Shown here: positions 10,601 through 22,710 of the stretch, piece after piece
Numbering within the stretch: the stretch's first letter is position 1
Layout of the letters: each line of letters begins with the position of its first letter
The notes under the pieces: model-generated
Databases searched by the model: none
Told to the model about the DNA's origin: nothing
Seen by the model: the letters and a program-made list of their open reading frames with translations, nothing else
DNA from: Polymyxa betae A26-41
Taxonomy: Eukaryota > Protista > Endomyxa: Phytomyxea
NCBI GenBank assembly: GCA_003693705.1
Contig: RBZT01000125.1
Span: 467,966 to 531,965 of the forward strand
DNA: 64,000 bases
Direction of reading: 5' to 3'
Made by a program: the position numbers and the translations under genes

Positions 10601-13600
10601 CAGCTGGCGACTGTAAATGGCGCAGGGCACTGAGAGCTAATGAAGCACCTTCGACTGTGCTAAGATCAGCGTATACCCAGATGGTGATATTAGCAGGTTC
10701 CGTATGAGGACCAGTCAAATACTGAAGATTCTGAGGCTGAACATATAGCAAATCCACAGCCATATCGGAAGTATACTTCCACTGAATAACCAGCTGATCA
10801 ACATTCAAGATTTGATTGATAATCGGAAAACTACCTGATCTTTTGGTTGTTGCAACAGATCGCTATATGATTTCACCACATCGGAGCCGTCGAAGATATA
10901 ACTGGATATATCATCATCGTCAGATAATGAGCCGGAATGCACAGCATGCATTATCCTCGTCTGCCAGGTGTATGTGGCGCGAATTAAGGTCTATTTTTTG
11001 TTAACAGAACTGTAGGTTATACAATAAAAGATCACCTGCAGAAGCAGTTGAGGATGCGGAACTTCCTGCTGAACGCCATTAAAGAAGATTGTATCGACTG
11101 TCGCGATATTCCTTTCTGTCACATAATTGATGCAATCGCTTACAAATTCGTTTTCCTAGAAATCACACCATTACCAAACGTTACTGTATTTCATTTTGCT
11201 TACCGTATCTGTCACTGAGAACAAGGCATTGTATGTCTCGATATCTCCGGATGCACCATTTTTAGCGAGAAAAGCTTTCTTGACGCGATCAATAGATACG
11301 TCTTCGCTTGTAACTGTTTCTTGAATTTGCAAAAGCGCAGAGAGGAAAGAGAATGCTCTAAAATAATCAGAGGAAAATGGTTTAAAACAGGAACGCTAAC
11401 CTTCTTCGCGACTTTGCCAATGCCCAGCTGAACAGACGAGCAGTTAGAGACGCGACTGGATTCAGCTTTGTTATCTGTGTTTGATTCTCTGATATATCTT
11501 CATGAATAGACTTAAAATCGCCAAACCGCCCCCTAATCAGTTTATGCTTTACATCTAATTCAATTGAAGAAACCAAACTACCTTTCTGGCCGATTTGCGT
11601 CGAAGACAATGCCAACGCGAACAGGAGCCTGTTGTTTAACGAGTTGCTTCAGTTGTTCAACTAACTGAAGACCGGATCTTTTGCTCGGATCAATAACAGC
11701 AACGCAGTTGTATAAGTTTCGCCCAATTTGCAGTAGCTACGTAAAAACATTGAGAATCCCCATCATAATTATGAGTACGAATTACAGAGAACTGGCCAGG
11801 ATACAATCGCATTGTACTTAAACTTCGATGCCAACTTCGATATTTAGAACCTGTTTCAATATCATTCATCCAGGAGATCGAATCGCTGCGAGTATCAAGT
11901 CTTGGTTTAGCACCCGCTGCCGATGGGTAAACAGCAGTTCGTTTGGACTTCAAAGGTCGGGATGCTAATGGATGGTTAAGAATGAGAGCTGAGTACCACA
12001 TGTGATTTAGAACCATTTTGTAGTGCATTATCAATCTGGAAAGAATTCAACCCGATATTACTGAGCATCTCGATATACTTCGATTCTTTAGCAGCTAATG
12101 AATGCAAAGCGAACAGATCGAACTCAGAGGTATCGATTGCAATTCCATTCAGATAAAGCGAGCTTTCTCCAGTAACGATATCTGAGCTCTCGTGGATGGT
12201 GGATATCTGCGATCTCACTATACACAGTCCGCTCAGCTGAAAAAATAGGAAAGGTAACTTAGTTCGAACCTTCTTTGCTGACTTGAACAGTCTTTAGCTT
12301 CGTGGCGTGTCGAGGGAAATCGCATGCAAGCCGAGCAAGCTCAGAAAGCGTGTCTTTGCTGTCCAATACATACTGCACAGCTTGTGATCCGAAATCGGCT
12401 TTTTGAAGAAATGTTCAGTGAGAGAATGTCAAAGAGAGATCAACCTCACCAATGTCCCAAACTCGAAGTTCTTCTTGAAGTTCATGGCGTAGTTTTACTG
12501 CAATATCATCGAGCTGTTCCGAACTGGATGGATAACGAGTTTTAAGACGAGAAAAGTTAATCCCTATACGATCATTATAACCTAAACAGTCTAAAAGTTG
12601 TGCATAATACCATTGACTGATGAGCTATCGGCTTGCAAGTTGGTATCGTCTAGCACATTGTATTCCATATTCTTGAAGGCCAGCTCAACTCCAAAACCGT
12701 TCAACGGGAACGAATCAGATGCCCCGAGGTTAAACGATGATAGCCTCAAGATAAAGCGAAAAGGTTGCTAAAAGTTGTCAACTTTAGGCAGAACAACAGC
12801 GTCAATGCTTTACCTTGCAGCTGACAATTTTTTGATAAGAATCCGCGAAACCAGGTTGATCCAAATTTCCATAAACAACCAGTGCTGCACCTGGAACAAA
12901 TTTTTTTAGCAAGATTTTTGACCCTTTTTGCTACTGAACCAGTTGTCCTATTAGGATGCATATGATCGAATTCAAACGTCTCCAGCATCGCATCTGTTTG
13001 CAACAGTTTGGGGTCAAATCCGCAGCTGAGTTGCTTGTTCCCATAATCAACGATTACTCCACTTTTGCATGAATCAGGTTCCAACTTGGATGCAGAGCCT
13101 TTGATCGCATCCTATATAATCATGAATATCAGTATTAGAATGTTCTTCAACTTCGCTTGCCCGTAATAGCTGTCGATTCGATTCTAAAAGCGGTGAATAG
13201 ACATTTAGCCCCTGGCGTTCAAGTTAGACCGAAAAAAAGAAGTGACTCTCTAACAGATACTGACCAGCGACATTTTTAATGTGGAGCAAGCCTCGGAAGA
13301 AGACAAATCTATGCATGCAATGATACTATCGTACAAATCGCGATCGGTCCGAGACACATTTGCGGTTGACAATGTCGAGAGATGTTCAAGCGACGACCAA
13401 AACAGCAGCGGCGATACCGACGCATAGTATTCCCTGTAAAGCTTCAAAAGGCAATCCCAAGCTGCTCATCCATCATTACGCAGCTTGATGCGTGATGGAA
13501 TCGCTGGGAAACCGCGACTGCAAGTCGACCGACAGGTTGGCGTTGGGATCGGCATCGCAGGTCAGCAAACTCTGGCACAGAGCTGCAATGAATATGGCGA

Positions 13601-13610
13601 CAGTCCTCAT
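7694..13610 (-). CDS. UGGT: UDP-glucose:glycoprotein glucosyltransferase (GT24), many exons
   Basis: Signal peptide [20 protein letters not shown]; GT24 motifs [76 protein letters not shown]; ends in KTEL. Confidence 0.97.
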
Positions 13611-13817
13611 TATGACAATGACGAAACGATGAGAAATGCCTCTGCAATGAGAGTGGGGGGACACACGACACCAAAGTCGCAACTTATTGCCTCACTGATA
13701 CCCTTATCAGGGTTTCGTTACTCTTACGACAGTTCTAACTGCTATGAATGCCTTCTTCACAATAAAACCCAAATGGTTCATTAACAATATAATGGCTGGT
13801 CAACAATCTAACAACGA

Positions 13818-15728
13818 TCAGCACTTGACATTCTGGCAACGCGAATCCGACCCGGGAGCTATAGCGTTCCCGACACAGATTGTCCCGAGAGCAACCCGAA
13901 GCTTGCCAGCAGATGCACCGTCCTTGCAGATATGGAAGTTGCAGGAGCAATCGCCTGGATCGCATGCAAGGCCGCTGGCAATACCGGAACAGACGTTGCC
14001 ACTAGGAGGACCGGGAGGTGGTGGCTGGGTCGGCGAAGGTGTTGGTGGTGCCTGGGTCGGCAAAGGCTTTGGAGGCGGTGCCTGGGTCGGCGAAGGCTTT
14101 GGCGGGGAGTTATTCTTTGCAAATCTGGCTCCCTGCAAGATCCAGTTACGAAAATGGTTGATCTGCTGCATAGACAGGTATGGTCCACCGAGAGGCATCT
14201 GCTGCCCAGATACACCGACACCATTGGTCAGCTTCAGTATAATATAGCTGTTATCAGGATCTCCAGGCTTCACATAGACCTTGCTGGGTTGGCCAACTGA
14301 TGGTTTGTTGATCAGATTGGCATATGCAGTCTCTGGATCAGGCATGCGAAGCAGGGTCCAGCCATCGGGAGCGGATACATGAACACCACCACGAGCCTGG
14401 ATGATGGGCCAAATATCCTCTAAGAAATACACTGGTGTGGCTGGAGCAGGGGTCGGTGCTGGCGTTGGTTGGGGTGTTGGGTTGCCACCTGAGCCACAGT
14501 AATCGCGTCCTGTTCCACAGAAACTAAACCCAATTCTTGTTAGATCCCGTAGTGGATGATCAGAAAAACCGACCTGAATCTTGAGCAGCATTCGCCAGGC
14601 TTACATGGGGCATCCGCAAAGCCAGGGCCACATCGTCCATCCGTTCTAATAGGCCCTGAGCCCGGTGATGGTGTTGGGGCTGGAGCTGGTGTTGGAGCTG
14701 GCAGAGGAGCTGGTGTTGGGGCTGGGTTACTGCCGACAGGTTGCTTGCCTCCTTCGCGTGTAGTCAATCCGGTCTTTGCAGACACCCAGGCCACCTCATC
14801 TGACGATGTCGGTATAGGGATGCCGACTTCGTTGCCCGAATTCGGGAATGGCCCGTTCAGGCATGGTTGGTTAACACAAACTCGCAGCTGCCGGGTCACA
14901 CCAAACTTGCAAACGTCTTTGTCTGGATGCTGTTTTGTCGGAATGTGATATCGGTTGCATCGAATCGAGAGATTACCATACCGACACATCGCCACCGTAG
15001 AATACTGGCTGTAGATAGGGTCCGGTAGGACCCCCTGTAATCTCATAATCTGCACATGAATAGTAATCACCAAGAATAGATGGATTCGATGTTCCTCCAA
15101 ACCACTGTGCTATGAATCAGAAGTAATTTCGGTTCTGACTATGGCAAACTTACCGCCCATTGAAGAGTGACCCTTCCATTGGGAAGATGTAATGGGATCC
15201 CCAACCGAAGCTTGCAAGGATTGACGCTGCCATCTTGAGGATTGTTATCACCGCCGTTCAAAAATTTCGTCGCTGAGCGGCATCCAGGACCGGTCTCGTA
15301 ACACGAATATGCTTGGACACCTAGATCGAAAGCCTTATGGCTGCCCGATTGATCGAACGTTGTCCAGGCATATCGTACAAATCCACCGGGATGGTTATTT
15401 CGCGGCCATCTGATGCAGAAATTATTGGGCAGTCCCTCTCGCTTTCATTACAATAGGCATTACTCAACTGAGATGAGGTCACCACGTTTTGCTTGATGAA
15501 TGACTCCTAATCGAACATCAAAAACTGATAGAAACAGATAAGTTGTGACTCAGTGCCTAGCCTGGTTTTGGGGGCATCGCACGGCCCGGTACAGCTCGGC
15601 CCACGGCAGCCAGATTGCGCGACCGATTCGAATCGTGATGACGGTTTAGTCATGTAGCTATGTGCAGTAATACAAGATGGGAGCCATATTACAAGAACAG
15701 ATAGAAAAATCAGACGCATAACTGTCAT
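13818..15728 (-). CDS. Secreted modular protein: LPMO-like His-brace domain + CBM18 + cytochrome-c-like domain (CxxCH degenerate) + C-terminal Cys-rich module; 551 aa
   Basis: Exons 15557-15728, 15464-15506, 15154-15409, 14982-15104, 14574-14929, 13818-14523 sum to 1656 nt with consistent phases. Signal peptide then HSYMTKPSSR; WPRNNHPGGF; TLQWAWFGG; DYYSCADYEI; DGRCGPGFADAPCKPGECCSRFSFCGTGRDYCG; VKPGDPDNSYIILKL...QMPLGG..LS...I...RNWILQGA; Pro/Thr linkers. Confidence 0.85.
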
Positions 15729-15872
15729 CGTTGCTTAAACAATTAGTTGCCAAGGATCATGAACCAATTAGCCAGGGTGGTACAGCGGATCATGGTCCTG
15801 AAACTGGAAGCGAGGATCCCAGTACCGCGTAACCATTCCGCTTAATACGTAGATATTAATCAGCCAATTTTA

Positions 15873-18800
15873 TTAAGCAGGGGCAACAGCTCCCTTAAAC
15901 TTAAGTCCTTCTACAAATTTACCCATCTCAATAACGTCGCTGATAACAACAGATGACGGGGCATCATAGTCAACGGATCGAGAGGTTGGATAATTGTCAT
16001 CAGGAACAAGTTCTAGCCTGGTCGGTATCCGGAAAAGTTGCGACATTGACGGCGCTAATTCAAAACAATTCTGGAATAGGCTTCGGCGCCCGAATATATA
16101 AAGCCCTGAAATATGGATGAGAGAACGGAAATTAACAGAGGAGACATTCAGAACCTAGTCTCGCTCGGGAAAGCGCGACGACAAGACGGCGTACATCTCG
16201 AATGTGACCAATATTACGGGTTCTGACAAGCGATAGCAATATGATATCGTTTTGCTGGCCTTGGAAGCGATCAACTGAAAAGCAGCGCAATGAATATTCA
16301 GCTTGTAAAGTGATGCGGAACTGACCAGTTGCCACTTTATGAGGCAGACCAATATGGCGGCATCGTGCATTGAAAATGTCACGCAGCAGCTGCTTTTGGC
16401 CGTTATAAGTTGTAATTACAGATATGCGAGATGCAGGATAGCCAATAAGGCGAAGGTACATATACCTGTGTCTGATAAGACCCAAAGAAAAAGCATACAA
16501 AATCGATCACGATACAGTTGCACAACATATTCGGCCTCGCCAAGATTCTGATAGAAGTGGGGCGTTGGCTGTGATTCGCCCTGATTCATGTAATCAGGTA
16601 CATCAATGAACTGATGAGTGAAACGCATCCCCGCATTAGCAAGAAGATAATCCCCTTGCATGACCGAAGGCATATCTTTGAGATTAGGATATCGCCATTT
16701 GTACAATGATGCAATATTTGGCCGGGTTCGACCCTATATAAGGTTAAACCGAGGAAATTTTTTTCACTATGGTATGGACCTGAAAATTTAATTCAACGAA
16801 AGGAATTCCAAGTCGAACAAAGCGTGCAAAGAGAGACTGGTCAAGACGTGAGAATGACTGCAGCACTTGGCTTTGGACGATCGGAGGAAGCTGCCGATGA
16901 TCACCGAGAAGAATAGCTCTTTTCAATAGACAACCAAATTCTTAACCTGAACTAAGCGAAAAGTAGGGCTCGATTGAACAAACCACCGACCTGGATCAGC
17001 TTTCTGTAGCAGAATCGGAATGCAAGTTTCGATGTCTAAAACTTGTCCTGCTTCTTCCATGATCATAGTGTGAAACCGGAATCTGAAGGTGTTACTTAAA
17101 ACGAAACCTGGCGGAAATATTCAGTTGTCCAACCCGTTTCGGATGAAGTCTTGTCGCTTCAAGGACGCATGTGTACAGGTCATCGCTACAATTCGAGCAT
17201 GCTTCATCACCAAATAGTCGGCGCGATCCGATCCTATGAACAGCGTTCATGTAGGCACAGACAGCAGTACCAGATATCGTACCTTTTCGTAATACCTCGA
17301 ACGATCTGCATTCCCGCAGCTGCATAAAGATCCTGTCAAGATGAGCAAAGCAGCGATCAGCCGTTGCAGAGTATTCAGAATCATCCTTTTCGGGGAACGT
17401 CGTGTTAGAAAAATATTGAAGAAACGGGAAAGTGGAATCCCCGGATTGAAGTTCCCTACAGAAAAAAATGAGAAAGAAAACACAGCATACTTCACTGGTC
17501 ATACTTGTATTCTTTGATTTTGGGTTGAATCGTATGCTTGTAGAACATCTCAGCAGCGTCGCAGCTAGATGCTGGCAGCATAGGTTCAACGCCTAAAGTA
17601 TGAGCAAGAATTCGGACTTGATCTAACAGCATCATCCGGCGAGCTAGCATAAAATCGATACGACCACGAGAACTGAAATCAGTCTCCACAAAGCCTGTAT
17701 CCGACGATTCACGTATCTTCCGTAAGTCTTTATGACCTTGACCTAAATCACACAATAAGTCAAATGTTCTGCAGTGTGATCGGAAAACCCCAACCCAGCC
17801 GCAGCATCAGCGAGGGATCGATATCCCGACGGCATAGCTTATCAAACAGATCATTCAGGGCATGATTGCTATGCGTTACCAACAAAATACGCTCATGCGG
17901 ATATTGATGGTGCAGGTTCACGATAATCTGCACAGCGACATCCGTCTTTCCGGTTCCGGGCGGCCCGACAATCAGCGTCAGACCGGGCTGACAGCCCGAA
18001 ACGATCGCATCTAACTGCAGCCAAAGTTAATTTGAAATGAGAATGATTAGGCAATGGGGGGTACCTGATTGGGCGTGTAACGAATCGGGTTGCGCTGATT
18101 TGGGCTGTAATAAGTCATAGATGCAGACAGATACGGTTCACATCGGGCTGAGAGACGGTTGCCTTCAGCAACAGGATGGACATCCTCAGTTCTAGTAGCA
18201 GGTTCAGCACCGTCAGTATCGGTCATGGCTTCGGGTTGATCGTGGTCAGCTCGCTCGTTCTCGTCCAGGAGCCGCTCGATCAGCTCAGCTTTCCTTCCAG
18301 ACGTCTCCTTGCCCTGACGCTTCAGCATCTTACGAAGCACAACAACCTGAAACGATCATGTAGGAACCCGTAAATCACATCGCCGTTTTTGTTACAGTAA
18401 GCTGCTTTAATTCATCGCGAGTATGACTCGGTTGAGAAGACGATTCTGGATCCGGCTTTTCAGTATCGGTTTTGGAGCCTTCTGCGTCATCGGTATGGAC
18501 CGCCTCAGTCCCGTCGTCAGCGATTTGGGCTTGAGCCGAGTCGATCTTGATATTTTTTGGAATGTGTAAGCGATACGGAGGACCGTGACAGTCCTTGACG
18601 TCAATGTTTAGCTGAGGGAAACATTCCACAAGATGTTGCTCATCGAGGCAAGTATCATGCAGATTGAGGCACTGCAGGGAATTCGGCAGATTCCAATAGC
18701 ATGCCTGATCTGGAGCTCCATATCCCAGAAACACCTAATAATATTTCATAAAAGGAAAAATTAAGACCCCCCCCCCCATAGCGATTACTTCTTTAAGCCA

Positions 18801-21311
18801 ATCAGGAACGTCCAGATCCAGTTGCATCATATCGCGGATCGATTGCAGAACCGCCTTGAAGTTATTCTCCTTCGGCTTTCTTCGAAGCAGCAAGTTCAGC
18901 GATGTGTAGACAGCCGATGCAACATCGTTAATCTACGAACCAATTAAGCAGAATCGTAGTTAACAAGAACATTGAAGTACTTCGCCATCGCTCATTGAAT
19001 GGAGGGCGGCATCGCGATCAATCGCAAATTGAGCCGGGTCGAATGCTACTGTCAAAACCCGCTGTGTGCCGATGTATTCCTTATTGTTGGCATCGATAAC
19101 ACGACCGTTAACATCCTGAACAGAGATGATTTCGCAACCGCGTATATATTTGACAACCGAGGAGATGCCGGCCTGTCATCACATAAGAAAAAGCGATCAA
19201 AACAGGCTCAGTTATGATACAATATCGTAGAAAACAATACTCTTCTTGGCATCTTTGGCGTTCACTCCAGAAATCTCAATATCCGAATATTCTCTTGCAG
19301 TCACCTAAAGACCAATTCAGGTAACCGTCGACTCATTTGTTGAATTTGCTACATTGAGCATAAACAAGGCATCATGCTCTTTAAGTTCCTCCCATTCCTG
19401 ACGAACTGCACCAGAAAACGGTTGTAGATTGATTCGGATATCTAAAACTTATTGAGTCGGAGAGCTGATTCTGAACCAGTCAGATACTGACCTGCCAGAA
19501 CGCAGGATGGTTTCTGCTCGCCAACCCGATTACGGCCGATCTGTTTGATCTTGATAGAGTCAACAGGGACTGCCATACGGCTCCAACCAGTAAAGATCGT
19601 CTCGCTCGTCTCTGTATGTAATCGCGGTTCAAGACGCGAAACAGCCATACAGATATCCTGAACATTAGATGCCAAGATCAGAGTTCGATATCCAGCGAAG
19701 CAATAACCAGGGCGACCTGGCGAATCTGATGAGTCGATTCTAAACGATAAAGATGGAAGTTTCGCAATAGATAATCGTGAAGCGATAAGAATTGCAGATT
19801 GAGCTTCGGTAAAGGAAGCGACGTCTCGCCCTGATACTGTTCTAGATCGCCATGAGAACAGCATCTCTCGACAGAAAAGCTCAGACGATACCTTCTGGGA
19901 TCAAATTCGTGTCGAAAACGATCGACTCCGTTGGGTAGAGTGGAAGAGCAGAGATCTCTTGGCGCCTCGATCTCCGCTTGCAGACGTAATGGACGAGAAT
20001 CTGTTCGACCAGCTCACGACTGATACGGAAATCTGGGCCCCATTCCGGGTCGATCAATTCCAGACGGGTAGCGAGTGATGACAGATCGGGATCAGACCAC
20101 GACCTCACCGTGTTGATGAACGAGTCGGCGCTATCGATAGAGCAGACCGAAGCCAACGCCAACGATAACCTGCACGATTGTAAACAGCAGATTGAGAACA
20201 ATTCGGGTATACTGACCCTGATTCGCGGAAATATTTGAAGACAATATGCTGCAAGATCTGAACGCGATCGTATCGCTGACGTTCTACAGCGCCATCAGTT
20301 AATGCCACACCGGTGCGATCATCGATCTCGAAATTGAGATAATACTCGAGCAAGTCCAACATTTGCTGACAGAGACGGGATTTTGGCAGGGCTAGAATTT
20401 GGCGAATCAAATTATGTGGTGAAGCAAAGGCGGGCAGGTACCTTTACTAAGACGAGCACGTTCGATCAGGTGCGATGCCACAATAATGGGGCGTGTGAAA
20501 CGTCGTGTTGGGACCAGGGCGATCAAATCGATGAAAAACTCGAAAAAGCGAGAGAAATACACATCGTCAATCTGATCATCGTCTTGTAGAATGCGAAGGG
20601 CGTCGTCGATCAGATCCCAAAGCAAGTTCGCTTCCGGAGACTCAGCATCGATTTTCATGGCTTGATAGCTATCGGAGAGGTCCTGATAATCGCGAAGAAT
20701 ACGCTGACGCATGCGAGGCGGCAGACGGGTCCATAAAGGCACCGATGCATATTGCAGAGTAACATTACGAACATGGGTGTTCTCAAGTGATCGAAATGCA
20801 GCAATTAAGAACGTGATAAATATGCTTCTTTCAATGTCGGATAGATTTTGGAATGACAATGTGAAACACGATTTTAGAAGGGCAGAGAACGCCTCCGGCT
20901 CGGTTTCAAAACAGCCTAATTCGGCAATTCAAAATCGATATAAATTCTGAAAGGTCGAAGTCGTACCCCAAATGGAGACGTTCTGTCTCGATTTCTGATT
21001 GACGAGCGCCATGATTGATAGAAGAACAGTGCTGGACGAAGAGCGATCATGTTGAAAGAATTTCCAGAGATAACTGCAAATGGGTTCTCAGAAACGACCA
21101 ATACAAAAGTGGAAACGAAAGCGAACTTTTCAAGATAGGAGCTGATCTCGAGAATCGAGATGGCAGTTGGATCGTCGGCGCCGTGGATATAATCGTGGTA
21201 GATCTGGTCCACCAGCTTCACATCGAACGAGATCTCGGTATTAGCCGCCCAGCGTCGATTGGCCAGTCGGGTGACGGGATGTGTCAGGAGATCTGACACC
21301 AGGATCGTCAT
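15873..21311 (-). CDS. AQR: Aquarius intron-binding spliceosomal RNA helicase, with a SAP-domain insertion
   Basis: N-terminal [31 protein letters not shown]; helicase motifs [69 protein letters not shown]. Confidence 0.97.
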
Positions 21312-21959
21312 GGTCGAAGCGGCGACCGCACCACGACGGCTGTCGATGTCGAACGAAATCAATGTCCGCCACGGTGTGTCTTTGCCTTTTTAGTTTTTAT
21401 GAACCTGAGCAGCTGGTTATGAGAAAGATATTGTGATAGTGAAACCAGTCATCTCAGCTTGACAACTGACAATAAAGTCCAATGACAGTGACGAATTCTA
21501 CGGAAAGAGATCAAGTGTCAATGATGAAATGGGAAGATGCAGTAATCTGTGATGATATTACCAGCATTGAGATTGATTCCATATCAGCCTAACCTGATAC
21601 ATAACGCTGCACATTTATGTTAACCAACATGGAAAAAACCAAAGTGAAACGCCCTGTAACAATTTGAGCTTCCGGCGTGGGAGACGAGAAAAAACTGTTA
21701 TACATCACCACAATTGGGTTTATTCAAGAAATCTTAGTTGTTCATTTCTATTCGTGACACTTGGGCAAGCTGTTCCCGATAAGCAAAACACGGATGTCTG
21801 GGCTAGGGTCTCAAAAATAACAATTGCGATTGCATCGTGGTTGAGAAATTCGCGATTCTAAGCAAGTAGTTTCCGGTAAGTCGAATCAGACCGATTCTTT
21901 GCTGATGCTCTGTGTATCGGCTCACAAATTCCTGGCTACAGGAAAACTGGGAACATCGA

Positions 21960-22340
21960 AACTATCACGTAACGATTCGGGTATACTATATGAGTGCCTT
22001 CAGGCGTTGCGTCTGTGTGTTGAAGAGTTAAGCTCCTGTGGCGGCATTGTATGCCGAAGCAAAGCCCCTTCTGTAGGAATTCGGGTCTTGCAGTACGGGC
22101 TGGATCGTGGCCAACTGCAGACGTTTCCGTACACGGCGTGTACACCATCTTCATAATGGGACAAAGACTCGACCCGTCTTTCACAGTATCTGGATCTCTT
22201 GGCCCGTTTTGGATAATGCAATCTCGAAAGGATTCGAAAGAACACAATTCCTACCCTGTTCAATCGCTACTCTTGCAGTCTGCTGGCACCGAAAAAAATT
22301 CGAATTAATGATCTCAGATCGATGCCGAATACGCACAGCT
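21960..22340 (-). pseudogene. Possible decayed tyrosine-recombinase fragment
   Basis: Ordered degenerate motifs across frames: HRSEII (22313-22321), LSKTGQ (22199-22213), LCPI (22155-22166), IPTEGALLRH; interrupted by stops and frameshifts. Confidence 0.3.
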
Positions 22341-22710
22341 TGGATTGCTGTCGGCATCTGCTGCTAAAAATATGCTGAACAGACCCAATGCATTAAAAGG
22401 ATGGCATTAATAAACCAGCCACCCATCTTTCAACTCTTTGTTACCGGAATCGACCCAGATCACCATGTAAGGCGCCCACGCCGCCGCTCCCAGCCATGGA
22501 CGCCGGACCTGACGCCCGTCCGTCCTTCCCAAAGAGTGCTCAATGGAATCTTAGTAACAAATATTCGAGAATGAACTGATGATGGAACGCGGCCTTTGCC
22601 TTCAGGGCAACAATGTTTTAATCAGCTGTGTCCCATGATGGCAGGCCTTCTGTATGACTGTCTCACCATTATCAGTCGTCGTGGCCTTGGAGGCGTTCTA
22701 GAGGTGGAAT

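Noticed and set aside
13735-14948. Long antisense and alternate-frame Gly-rich ORFs over the LPMO-like gene
   Set aside because: Mirror images of the Pro/Thr linker codons, not independent genes.
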